Below are positions 26,630 to 38,463 of a stretch of 64,000 bases of DNA, one piece after another. The notes beneath the pieces were generated by a model. That model was not told where the DNA came from. It saw nothing but the letters and a program-made list of their open reading frames with translations, and searched no databases. The position numbers and the translations under genes were made by a program. Each line of letters starts with the position of its first letter. The first letter of the stretch is position 1. Source of the DNA: Antedon mediterranea (Eukaryota > Animalia > Echinodermata); the NCBI RefSeq assembly GCF_964355755.1, contig NC_092673.1, positions 7,192,001-7,256,000 on the forward strand, written 5' to 3'.

Positions 26630-28819
26630 AGACAATTTACTTTCTAACAAAAATGGACAAAAGAATTTGGTCGCAGTTAGCTGACGCCACAGGACGACAC
26701 TTATGGGTGGGTAGGATTGGAAAGGAGTGCGTTCTTTTCGCAGCTTATCGCCGTAAAGCTATAGATTGGAAGTCAAGTGGATCAGTATTTAGAGGGCTAA
26801 GTGATGGGCTTAGCAAGATTTAGGCTAAGAAGTCGGCTAGCCTTGAACAATAAGAGAATAATCTCTGTGATATATAGTACTATGTTGGTGCTTGCCAAAT
26901 TTGAAAGGAAAGTGCAGATGAAGAAACGAAGTCGTTAAATTTATGTTGCAACACGTAAACCGTGTGGTGTGTATGCGTTTTAATGTACTGTACAAGGGTA
27001 AACTAAGTAATCGCCAGTAAACATCAAACAAAAAACACTGTACTAATTTACATAAAGTTAGCCGATTACATTAAAAACCACGTTGATGAATTCCATAATT
27101 CGTCTATAGTGGGCTAAATTTCACCCTACCCTGTACCCTGTATCTTGGACTAGCAGTGAGGCAATACGTTACATCCCGACTAGTTTTGAGAGCATGATCA
27201 TAGTATATTGCCCATGTCAGTATGAAGAGAATATTTACATTCTCAAAACCAAAGATACGAACCAAAGTTTAATTAACATTGTGTTCGTTGTAAAACAGTT
27301 TAAAAACATAAGAAGGTTTAAAAATTGTGCATGCATTGTGTGTGAATAGCTTCAGTTATCTTGTCTGTTTATTACTCTGATTGTCTCTTCTTCAAATCTG
27401 GGGTCAGTATATGCGTTATTAATATAACTGTTGTTAAGGGTCTGGTCGCACTATACCATGGAAATAAATCTACGTATTGCCCATGCGCATACCGATAACC
27501 AGAACGATAAAACTTGTATTAAATGAATAGAAAATTGTGAAATGACCTATCTATAGCTTATTTTATCGTTATCCGTATTTAGGTTGTAATACATATCGAT
27601 CTGTAGATTTATCAATTACGGCCAGTATCAATAATAACGTTGATATATTTAAAACAGTATCATCTTAGATAGATACATCAAATATGCTTTTAAGAAACCA
27701 TTTACTGTATTTGATTGTATCAATTTTAGATTAATGTCGCGTTACTCTATTACACGAAAAGTCAATCTGTTTCCGATTTAAAATCCAATATTATCGATTG
27801 CCATCCTTGATAAAATTGGATAAAACGTTCAACAATATATTTCAGAAGTAGTCTCTTCAATGTGGATTCCCCTGATAAGTGATTTTCAATAAGTTTCTAC
27901 TGTATTTCAATTAAGAATATTGATTTGATTTAATAGTGATAATACCAAGGATCTAACCGCGTGTTTACACGTACAAACACTAATAAATTGAAGTTATATT
28001 GGATTTTGAATTGGTGTGTTAAACAACCGAGTAAAATGGGTTATTAATCATTTATTTTAACATGTTCCAGTTACGATACTGTGCAATAAATAAACCATCA
28101 TATTAGTTATATTTCACGATTAGTGATTAGTGTATTCCTTATTACACAATAGTGTAAAATAAGCTATACATTATTTATCGTCCTACTTAAATTCGTATTA
28201 AAGGGTAATTAACAGGGTATATCCGTTGTTTTAAATGGCTGAATAGATTTGGAAAATAATTGGTTCCGTATATTATATATATACGACTTAATTTTAATTA
28301 AAAATGTTAAATTACTCCAAGTTGTTTAACTTTTCATAGAACAAAGGTGAACGTTCACCTTCTAGATAACTCTAACCCGGTTTCTTTTGACAATAGGGCT
28401 ATTCTAATTGTGTAACCTTTATTCATAAATTCTTTTTATTAATTTTACTATAACAATTTTTATATTGATCATGTTGGTTACAGCTGACTAGCATTACTCA
28501 ATGTCAGTAAGGTGTTTGTATTCTACCGTTACAGAGACAGTTGACTGATTTTGGTTCAAACCATAGTGATATAGATTTGTATCGTTATAAGGGTTAGTAT
28601 TAGATAACGAGTCACTGTGTATATAGATATGGTTTTACTAAAGCCGATATAAAAATAAATTTAAGTTTAGCGTCTCCTGCCAACCTGGCTGTAAGCGTCA
28701 AAAACTTGTACAATTATGTGAATATTCACCGCACTGTTTAATAAAAAATACGTAAACTATAAAAGGTATTTTGTTGGTTTAGTTGTCTAATGTACTGTAA
28801 AGTAATACAATCATCCTCA

Positions 28820-29050
28820 AGCTTAACTGGAAAGTTAGGCCCTCCGCGACCGGGAGCTAACCGACCGGGATCCCGAGGCCTTGCTCTTTTCGAATAGTAT
28901 ACCGAGTTCGTTAACGTATTATGTACACTCGACCAACGGATTTACGTCGCATCCGAAGGCAATGCGGGTAAAGCATCTTGTCTAAAGGATACAATAAATA
29001 TGGCACGAATCCATGACAGCCACATGCTAGTCCCTCAATGTGATAGACCT
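28820..29050 (-). mobile_element. Degenerate SINE with Deu/Nin-like central core
   Basis: The minus strand reads TTCGGATGCGACGTAAATCCG...ACGTTAACGAAC...TTCGAAAAGAGCAAGG, similar to the core of the SINE at 36377-36690. Confidence 0.55.
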
Positions 29051-29149
29051 ATTACAGAATTTATCAATGATACTCGACAAATTATCAGTACCGAGAGATT
29101 GTATAAATACAAAAACGACGATGACGGTTCGAATCCAATCGTCGCTCTC

Positions 29150-29330
29150 TTTTCAACTGGGGCTGGACTACTACGTGTATATTACGCACGTTAGTCCCGT
29201 GTCCAACATGGTTCTTAACTGTGCTTGTTAAAGAACGCAGTGCATTCTTTGAAAAGAGTAGGACCGCCGTCTGCCAATTCTTCACCAGACTCCACTGCAG
29301 TATACTGGTAACATGTAAATCCATCTCATC
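29150..29330 (+). mobile_element. Degenerate SINE core (Deu/Nin-like)
   Basis: GTGCTTGTTAAAGAACGCAGTGCATTCTTTGAAAAGAGTAGG resembles the same core. Confidence 0.5.
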
Positions 29331-29437
29331 TGGATACTGGTGGATAAACGCAGGAAAATATATATAATCTTCAGTTTATTTCTCTGTTAAGAACTTCACG
29401 AGTTTAATTTCTGCACTGTAAATACTATATGGGTTCC

Positions 29438-29618
29438 CGTTTACGCGGGAAGCACCGGTATAGTGTCCCCGATGGAAGGGATTCTGCTGTAATTTTATTT
29501 TCAAATGTGTCTTTCTTTTTCATATTTATATGGTGTTTTATTAATTTTGTAATATCACGAACTTGTGCAAAAACAATCAATGTTGATTGAACGAGTTGTG
29601 CTGTACACATCAGTATCG
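29438..29618. repeat. Dispersed repeat, second copy at ~37488-37680
   Basis: Both copies share TTACGCGGGAAG.ACCGGTAT, GGGATTCTGC.GTAATTTT, TTTTGTAATATCACGAACTTG and TTGATTGAACGAGTTGT. Confidence 0.8.
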
Positions 29619-31170
29619 TGTGAATAAATAAATTTTATACTGTATAGCCTATATAGGCCTAGTGTCAATTTCCATAGAAAGCAATTGAGTTTTGTGCCAA
29701 TCAAAATGTTTGCAGTGTCGCTAAAGGCTCTTTAAATTTAACTCAACTAAAGAATCCATTCTAATCTAGATAAATAAACTTGTTATCAAAATGTTAAAAG
29801 CGTGAAATAAAGCTGACCGTATTCGCGCGAAGCGATGTGCAAATAAACAAAATGAGAATTTGAACCGCCGCCCAATTGAAAGGTGATACGTTGGTGGCGT
29901 TTGTTTTTCTGCAGCCTTATTTCTGTTCACGTAACTATTTTGTTATCCTCACCTTCTTCCTCCAGTCCTTGGATGCTCCTCCTTTTGGCATTATGTTGCA
30001 TGTTAGTCTAGTCCTGTGACGTGTCTTGTCCCTCTTCATTTTATTGAAAGCTTTTTCTTTTTTCTTGTCATATTGTCTCACGTACATTTTCGAGTCCAAT
30101 TGGACTTAATACGGGGTAAATATCGCACTTAGGCCTATATTGTGTATGATGAGTGTATAACTTTACTCATCTCATCTGCTGGTACGTAAACTACCGATAG
30201 TTAAAAGTTCATTACTAGAGCTCAAAAGAGAATTCGGCTACCTTACTGCATAGAGGCAAAGTGGGCTACGTGTATACGTTTTCCCATCTGTTGCGCATGA
30301 TATACTGGGCCTATAGTCATTAATAACGTTATTGATAAGATCAATCATTGTATACATTTAGCTGATACAGTACAAGCTATACTGTATTTGTAACTTTTAT
30401 AAACATTTGTTTGTGTTGACTTCCACTCAAAACGTGACTTATAATGCTATTCGTCATTCAAGTAAACGCCCACTAAAATCCTCTATCACCGTCTTGGATG
30501 AAATAAATTCCCGATTTATTCCACGTTTCCACGTATTATGATTATATAATGATAATGATTATGATAATGTGCTGCTCTCACAGCATTTATTTGGTCCAAT
30601 AAAAAATATCGGAAATTCGTTTTTTGTACACTATTTAAAGAAAGAATGTTTATATGTATATTTTAGAATTTTTAGTAGGTAACAATAAAAAATAGTTGAT
30701 TACATTTACTCAGTAAATCTTTCTTCTTTAGCTATCTCTTTTCCTGAAAAATATCTATGCTGCCCTCTATAAATTGATATCCAAATTAGAGGGCGTGACT
30801 TACTAATAGATTTTGCGGGATTTTTCTTCGCTGTTGGTTGATTCAAGGCAAGTTTATTTGACAAATTTAATGTTAGACCAATTGAAATCATCTTTCTGAA
30901 GGGTTCCTTAAATTATGATTAAAGGCGTACACATTTGAGGGAATGTGTAGGCCCCCAGATCTACGTTGAAGGGATATCAATTACAGTATTAAAAATACTG
31001 TATTTCACAAATGTAATGTTCTACTGGGCCTAAAGTCATTAATAACGTTATTGATGTATACATTTTAGCTGATATAAGCTATACTTTATTTGTAACTTTT
31101 ATGACTTCCACTCAAAACGTGACTTATAATGCTATTCGTCATTCAAGTAAACACCCACTTAAACCCTTTA

Positions 31171-31310
31171 TCAATCAATCAATCAATCGTTCGATTTATA
31201 TAGCGCCATTCCAACATTCATTGCTCATGGCGCTGTGAGAAAAAAATTTAGAAAAGGTGAGTTTTGAGTAGTGACTTAAAGTGACTAAATAATGATGTGT
31301 GTTTAATGTT
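31171..31310 (-). mobile_element. 5'-truncated L2-type LINE 3' end
   Basis: The minus strand encodes NIKHTSLFSHFKSLLKTHLF*, then a CAGCGCCATGAG...GGCGCTATATAAAT stem-loop and a (TGAT)n tail. TTTATCA occurs at both ends, and the segment is absent from duplicate copy 1. Confidence 0.85.
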
Positions 31311-31610
31311 TATCACCGTCTTGGAGGAAATAAATTCCCGATTTATTCCACGTTTCAACTTATTATGTATATTTTAGAGTTTTTAGTAGCTAACAAATAA
31401 AAATAGTTGATATCAATTACATTTACTTTCTTTTTTAGCTATCTCTTTTGCTGAAAAATATCTATGCTGCCCTCTATACATTGATATCCAAATTAGTGGG
31501 CGTGACTTGCTGGATTTTGTTTCGCTGTTGGTTGATGCAAGGCAAGTTTATTTCACAAATTTAATGTTACACCAATTATAATCATCTTTCTGAAGGGTTC
31601 CTTAAATTAA

Positions 31611-32128
31611 AGATGTATTGTCCCTTTGTCAAATACCAAAAAAAAAAAATCGAAAAAAAGTTGGTCATTTTGAAGTATCATAATAGTTATTAATTTTCAC
31701 AAAAAATGAGTCGAAAAAAATATCATTTAACTGAAATACAGACGTTTTTTGGTTCAAAAAATAACTTTGACTTCCAGTCAAAGTTTTCTATCAAACATAT
31801 CTCATAATGCAACGCGCTTATTTGGCTACTCTGTATGCATAATCATAAAACTTCCTCGCGATCTGTGTGAAAACACCTTCTTATCCGTGACGAGTTGTAA
31901 ACAATCCTAATTAGCATCATGCATAATGTATACTTATGGTTTGAAATATTTGTTTACTTTCGCTCAGGACGATTATCCAGACGAAATGTAATCAAATTAA
32001 TTTTGCTGTTAATTACGTAAAATTTTCGACTTTAGGTGAATAACTTAATAATATTACTTTGATATGGCCAATTTAAATTTAGAATATTTTGACCTTCATT
32101 TTTTTGTGTTTCAAGGGACAATACATCT
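31611..32128. mobile_element. Non-autonomous DNA transposon, Kolobok-like (518 bp)
   Basis: Perfect 16-bp TIRs AGATGTATTGTCCCTT / AAGGGACAATACATCT with TTAA on both sides. RR..YY termini with a TTAA TSD fit Kolobok better than piggyBac. Confidence 0.85.
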
Positions 32129-32338
32129 TTAATTAAGGTGTACACATATGACGGAATGTGTAGGCCCCTAGGTCTACGTTGAAGGGATATCAATTATTAA
32201 TAATATTTATTATTTTTATTTATTAATTAGAGGGTTTCAATAATTGAGAAATTAATTTGTGGTTTTAAGGATTTTTAATTCAAGTTGTCTTTAACTGATT
32301 GAAGAGATTTAATTTCTTTAATGGAGGTTAGATTTTAA

Positions 32339-32654
32339 AGATGTATTGTCCAAACATGAGGATATTTTGAATAATGGGCCATTTTAACGTTTTAAAAGTT
32401 ATTTACTTTCGTTAAAAAAACAACAATAATAATAAACGGGTAAATTTGACAAAACGCCCATAGTCTGCCAGTGGAATTATGGTTGTCTATTTTTTAATTT
32501 AAATTATAGGCCTTTTTTTTCAAGTATTGTGCTGGTAAATAATGTTTCGATCTAATTTTTGGTCAAATTGAATAAATATATTATGTGAAAGAAAATTGAC
32601 TTGAGTAATTATGTTTTTTAACAAATATATATTTCCAAGGGGACAATAGTATCG
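32339..32654. mobile_element. Second, more diverged Kolobok-like element
   Basis: TTAA|AGATGTATTGTCC ... GGGGACAATAGTATCG|TTAA. A solo related end also occurs at ~52323. Confidence 0.65.
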
Positions 32655-32669
32655 TTAATAACATGACCC

Positions 32670-33050
32670 TTTATTGATCTTTAACTGAAAGGGAAGTATT
32701 TAATCAGAGAGGTCTTTAGTAGGAGGAGGCTGTTTAAGTAAATTAGTCTTAAACTGAAGGGAAACGTATTTAATCAGAGAGGTCTTTACTTGGAAGGGCT
32801 TTTGAGTATTCTCTTCAACTGAAAGGGGCCGTAGACCTATTTAATCTGACCAGATTGGTCTTTAGGGGCAGAGTAAAATTGGTCTTTTAACTGAAAAGTA
32901 TACCGTATTTAATCAGAAAGGCCTTTATCGAAGGAGTTTTAATAATTTTGGTAATTATAGGGTTTTTAAGTAAGTATGGTCTTTAATTAGAGGTTAATTT
33001 ATTTTGAATATTGAAGTAAAGCTGGCTTTCTTTTGCATGGTCTTTATCTG
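32670..33050. repeat. Degenerate ~60-70 bp tandem repeat
   Basis: Recurrent TCTTTAACTGAAAGG...GTATTTAATCAGAGAGGTCTTTA. Confidence 0.7.
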
Positions 33051-34019
33051 GAGCATGCAACACTAACTTTATCATGATTAAAGCATAGAGATATTATAGT
33101 ATAATATCTCTATGATTAAAGGTAGCCATTATTTCTGAAAGACGTGTATTCACTGTGTAATTGACGATATTGTATTAAGTATTGAAATCATGCACCATCT
33201 GGCTTTAAGTAGAGCTAGTAGAGTATTTGTCTAAAACACTTGTTATTGTTGTTTATAAAGACTTGCTGCACCATACATCTGTTGCACATAATGCTTATTA
33301 AAGATACACACTGTCTAAGCAGGTTTATTTCCTATTCATCTAAGTGCATTTTCTTTAATCGAATTTAGAATGCTTGTAAAATAATAAATTGTGATTCGGC
33401 TGTTCGATTGTCCCATGGTCTTAGGGGCGTAGCAGACGAGATACAGTAGTACTCATCATGATACGACACTCACGCACACGCCATATCTCCCAGCGGTGCC
33501 TATCTCCTCTCCAGGCGGTTTTTTTTGCTGGATGGCCGTCGTTGGCTCCTGAACCGACGCCCTTGTGGGTGTCCAAACACCCTCCACACCATGCTCCTAA
33601 AGGAGTTGATGTGGGTACCGGTTTGGTCGCCGGTGTGTGATAGTGACTGTGTGTTGACTAGTAGGCCTACACCTGGTAATTACGGTTCCACTGTCTTTAC
33701 TCTTAACCGCTCGGCCACGCACTTTTGTGATTTCAGTACTAAAATCCGATCGGGAAATACATATTTTTATAATCGATATTTATTGGAGAATTCTCGGCTG
33801 TAATTTTTCCAATGATCAGAGTTAAAACAAATTTTTTTCTCAAACAAATTCAAAATGCCGCCTCATAATCATAATTGAATATGTATTGGTGTTTTCTACA
33901 AGTTATTTAACGAATAGAACTTTTGGCTGTGATGGCATTCCATACCTGGCGGCCAAAACGACCGATGGTTAGGTTGCTGTTTCTATTCAATAGTCTAAAA
34001 GGTGCAAATTTTTTTTTAA

Positions 34020-34640
34020 ATTATAAATAAATTACTTACCTTTAATCCAATGAAAAATTAAACAATCTGTAAAATTGTTCAGGCCCTACTAGGCCTTCTG
34101 TCAGGCCTAGGCTACCATCTTTGTGAACATGTGAAAAGTTTGAAAACGCTCGCTGACGGTCCACATCCGTCAAACTTTAACCGTGTAAAAATGTACTAGT
34201 TAGTAGGCTAGGTAGGCTAGACGGTAGACTTACCCACCGCCTAGCTAGCCTAGATCGGGGCCTAGCTAAAAGCCCATGCTGGCTAGCAAACTCGCATCGC
34301 ACCTTTTATTTTTAATATTATAAATAAATGTATCTTCAATCCAATGAAAAGTAAACATTCCGTAAAGATTCTTCAGGCCTATAACTAGGACTTCTGTTAT
34401 TAGTGTAGGCCTAGGCTACCATACCTTGCGAACACGTGAAAAGTTTGGAAATGCTCGCTTCCGGTTCGCATACAGCTGCAAACTTTGACCGTCAGAATAA
34501 AGTTTAATAATGTGGAAATGCTCGCTTCCGGCGGTCCGCATGCATAACTTTGACCGTCAGAATAAAGTTTAATAATGTGGAAATGCTCGCTTCCGGTCCG
34601 CAAACAGCAAACTTTGACCGTCAGAATAAAGTTTAATAAT
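34020..34640. repeat. Local duplication (34020-34190 vs 34315-34500) followed by three ~62-66 bp tandem units
   Basis: Repeated AATCCAATGAAAA...AGGCCTAGGCTACCAT and GGAAATGCTCGCTTCCGG...AACTTTGACCGTCAGAATAAAGTTTAATAATG. Confidence 0.8.
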
Positions 34641-34832
34641 GTATTAAAGTTTAAAATAATCATTAATATAAAAATATGCTTAGTTTGTTTTAAAATGTAT
34701 ACAACTTTACGACATTGATTCTAAGTTAATTAAAACAATAACAAATAATAATATCAAGAATTAACAACTTTCTATCGACCACTTGTTGCCGATGGTTGTT
34801 CGGAGAGGCCGACGCGACTAGCGCGCGCCTTA

Positions 34833-35100
34833 AGCCTGGTTTCCATAAAATCGCTACACGACAGAGCGTAGCGATTCTGTGGAAACGCTAGAATTTATCG
34901 GGGATCTAGTACGCGAGCGCTAAATATTCTTTGGTACGCGTATACGATTCATCGCCGACAAAATCGGCAAAGTTGAACATGGTTGAACTTTGCCGATTTG
35001 ACTGCGATGAATCGGGGAGCCTTCCCGATTTCGTCGGCGACATCCACGCGTGTAGCGATTTTGATGGAAACGCTGTAGCGATTGTAATGGAAACCAGGCT
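34833..35100. mobile_element. PIF/Harbinger-like MITE, family B (268 bp)
   Basis: Perfect 14-bp TIRs AGCCTGGTTTCCAT / ATGGAAACCAGGCT with TTA on both flanks and subterminal TAGCGATT repeats. Confidence 0.88.
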
Positions 35101-35884
35101 TTACGATGAAACCCCTTTCTTCTCTGTCTACATTAGGGCTATTGATATTTAGTCAGCAGGCCAAATCCCTACAATATTTATTAGGAATTATAAGACTGTT
35201 AAAAAATAAGGCGTCTCAAATAAATAAAAATACGTACATTTGTTTGTAAAATTTTGTAAAACGGGGATCGAAGTTTGAAATAGCTAAAAAGATGAATGAA
35301 ATAATTTCCGCAGGCAAAACAGAAATTATCTGTTTTTTAACCAATTATTAATAAAAATAATTAAAGTGCGCATGATCAGTCATTATTGAACAACAACTGC
35401 CCAAATTGTCAAATGTTAAAAAATTATTGTTATTATTATCCGATAATTATTGGTTAATTTTTGACTGCAGAAACACAACTAAAATGTTCGAATATAAGAT
35501 CTAGCCTACTTCACTAGGCCTGTGTCATGCTCATCATTCATTTACACAATTATATATAGTATTGATTAAAACAAATAATATAGATTATAAAACCATATAG
35601 CATGGGCATGTATAGGCTACACAAAAAAATGTACTAGGACCATGTCTCATGGTCCGTGAGAATAATGATCCACCATTCACCACTGCAACAGACCACTAAA
35701 ACATGTTACCTTTGGCATGTTGCAATACACGTGCGCGGAACAAAACTTGTATGACGAGATGATTTAATTCACAATAGAATAAAAGAATATTAAATTTTAC
35801 GCTTGTAGTAGGTTTTTGTAAGCAAAGAATGGGGACGTATGTACGGAATAATACAACTTCCTTATAAATACAGCAACTTCTATG

Positions 35885-35979
35885 GTGAGAAGTTTCTCAT
35901 GGGAACTCGCTGAAATTAACATGAGAAGAATTATGTTAGAAGATAATGATACCGTAAGTCGGAGTAATTACTGTGGGAA
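35885..35979. promoter_or_regulatory. Candidate Notch-responsive enhancer (CSL/RBPJ/Su(H) site cluster)
   Basis: Five RTGRGAA matches in 95 bp: 35885 (+), 35894 (-), 35899 (+), 35921 (+) and TGTGGGAA at 35972. The cluster is 4.5 kb upstream of NRARP. Confidence 0.7.
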
Positions 35980-36376
35980 TAAATTAACAATAATTAAACT
36001 GAACGCCTGTGTTGTGTTTCTCCCAACCTCTGTTATTGACACTATACATAGCTGCGTGAAAATCTGTTTCTAATCCGCTATTTAAGTTAGGTCTTTGTAG
36101 TCATCATCATTGTTTAAGTTGATTCGTATTGTTTCTTATAGGAAAGAAGGCTGTTTTGTGACCGTTTAACCTACCTCTCGCATACAAGAGAATCGCAGGT
36201 CAATTCTCCGAGAGTCTAATTTCGAGATTTGCTCCTTCAATGCAGTACTGGTTTTCCCTTGGAATAATTTACCAACCATTGCCAATTTCCAAATATCACC
36301 TCTTCGAACCAACGTTTTTCCAAAGTTTCTAAATGTGTCGATTATCATTTCAGTTTGAACATATTCAAAAGGCCAG

Positions 36377-36690
36377 TTTTTTATTGATTGAAATTTTACT
36401 GGGTAACCTCTTCAGTCAAAGACTGGTCTCCCAGAGGGCCCAGTTGGTGATCAGTGGCTGTCATGTAATAATACACCGGGGTAACCCCCTACTCGTCTCG
36501 AAAGATGTACTAGGTTCTTTAAAGTGCACACGAGCTAGATGTGTACACTGGACCTACGGTTTATAGTCCTTATCCGAGAAGACTCGTTCTACCACCAGAA
36601 CCATGGAGTGAGTGAGCCTCGAACCCATGCCGATGTTATGGGTACGTAATTACGGTTCCACTGTCTTAACCGCTCGGCCACTCACTCACT
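36377..36690 (-). mobile_element. Near full-length tRNA-derived SINE with Deu/Nin-like core
   Basis: On the minus strand: A box TGGCCGAGCGG (36670-80), B box GGTTCGAGGC (36616-25), core GGATAAGGACTATAAACCG...GCACTTTAAAGAACC...TTCGAGACGAGTAGGGG, and a (TCAA)/A tail. Confidence 0.82.
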
Positions 36691-37139
36691 CACTTATTAC
36701 TGTGTTACTGACCGGTTACTGGTCTAAAACGACATTCTAGATTATATTACGAAAATGGCCACAGTTTACCTCTTTTTAAAATAAAATTAAATCCCATTAT
36801 ATTCGTTTTTTATCATAATTTAAAATTGTATTGTCATTTAACTATTATTATAAGCTAAGCCATGTGGTCACATCATTTCGATTTTGCATTATGGAATACA
36901 TTTTCGTTGTTTTTCGTTTGTTATGTCCATAATATCCTCACGGGACAGGGCTGCCTTCTAGTTTGTGACCCAACAGTATTATTTCTATTATTTTGTATTA
37001 ATCAATTTATTTATCAAATAAATGTATACAATTTTGAATGAATCGCGTGATTTTCTCGTAGAAGCAAAATCATCACAATCGAAAAGAGTTCAAACTATCC
37101 AAAACAGAACAGCTTGAATCGTAATGTATCTACATACAA

Positions 37140-37360
37140 TGATATAAATTATAATCTAAGGCACAGTGATACACATCTATTCATCCCGAAGTCAAAACCG
37201 ATTTTAAAAAACGAAGTCTCTATTCATCCCGAAGCCAAAAACCGATTTTAAAAAACGAAGTCTGTCTTATCGTGGAGAAATCTATATGGAATAGTTAGTC
37301 TCAATGTTGATACCCTTCCAACTTCAGTTAAGTTGTTTAAAACGTATCTAAAAAATAATG
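37140..37360 (+). mobile_element. Degenerate CR1/L2-type LINE ORF2 C-terminal remnant with an internal ~43-bp duplication
   Basis: Fragments read YNLRHSDTHLFIPK, KTDFKKRSLSYRG, WNS and SVKLFKTYLK. Confidence 0.7.
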
Positions 37361-37879
37361 GTATGGTATCTACGATGGTGTACATCCAACTTTTAAAATG
37401 GCTAAATACTATGTAAAATGTGTGTTTTATCAATATTATTTTAAGGTAAATGAAAACAAACAGATTTATGTACTAGAATCCCCATAAATTACGCGGGAAG
37501 TACCGGTATGGTGTACCCTAAATAGAGGTGTCAGATGAAGGGGATTCTGCCGTAATTTTTGTTTCTCTTCAATTTTTTCTATCGTTTTTGTCGTATTTAT
37601 ATGGTGTTGTTTTTTTTTGTTTTTGTAATATCACGAACTTGATATATTGATTGAACGAGTTGTACTGCAAATCAGTATATAGCCTACACAAGCTGGGCGT
37701 GTCCAGAGGCTGGTCAACTTGCACCGCCCACTCCCATCTTAAACAAAGTTTCATTCTTCATTGTTCCTTTTGGCTCTAATACAATACAATATTCTTTGTT
37801 TTCTTCAACTATAAATAATAAAAAATGCATATTAATATTCTACTATGGAAGGCAACCTCTTGAATTTTAGTCCGCTTTA

Positions 37880-38070
37880 CCTGTGTCTGTAAATAGGCTG
37901 GCCCGCCACAAGATTTCTATCTTCTTGGGCACTGCCTACTTCCTCTTATTGATTAATGTATACTTTTTTGTCATCAATTGCCTTGTTATAAATGTTACTA
38001 GAATTTATTATGTTTACCTCATTTTCTTGAAGGAAGAAATAAATGTTAAGTTGAATTGAATTGAATTGAA
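37880..38070 (+). mobile_element. Probable LINE 3' UTR remnant
   Basis: Stem-loop-like GC patch, T-rich tract, AATAAA and a (TTGAA)n tail. Confidence 0.45.
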
Positions 38071-38463
38071 AAAAAAACATCGATTTTTATTTGATGTGCC
38101 GAACAATGACCGCTAATCAGGTAATAATACCCTTTATTTAAATGATTTAGAACAAGCAGATAATGAGGGATAAGGTGCACTAGTTCAATTGAAGTGAACA
38201 AACAGGTAAATAATCGGGTTACAATATGTGGAATTCCGAATAGGTGTTAATGAGAGGTGATTGGCCTACCCTATCCCGTATACTTGTTATCCCACGAGGT
38301 ATTATGTCACCTTTCCCATTAGTATAAACTCTTTATTGAGAAATTATCCGGGTACCGGTTACATGATAAAAGGCTGGGTGTTCGCTCAAGGTCTAAACAG
38401 GTACTTTCTTGTAAACAATCAAACAATTCATGTTTGGCAATTTCGTCAGTGAAATGGGTTTAT

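Larger units (their letters stand above)
30303..32196. repeat. Local tandem duplication: 30303-30983 and 31022-32196, with the second copy carrying two insertions
   Basis: The copies are collinear from TACTGGGCCTA.AGTCATTAATAACG to TCTACGTTGAAGGGATATCAATTA. Confidence 0.9.

Noticed and set aside
26626-26823. 65-aa ORF overlapping the NR5A stop (ATGA)
   Set aside because: Translational coupling is not expected in this eukaryotic context and the peptide is unrecognisable. It is treated as 3' UTR.
27457-27485. CATGGAAATA...TATTGCCCATG as a fourth P-like footprint
   Set aside because: The arms and flanks match only with several mismatches and gaps.
36130-36348. 60-aa ORF or possible LINE fragment (WNNLP on the + strand)
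   Set aside because: Only one short motif is present, too weak to call.
36600-36690. tRNA gene
   Set aside because: A and B boxes are present, but I see no convincing cloverleaf and the sequence continues into a SINE body and tail.
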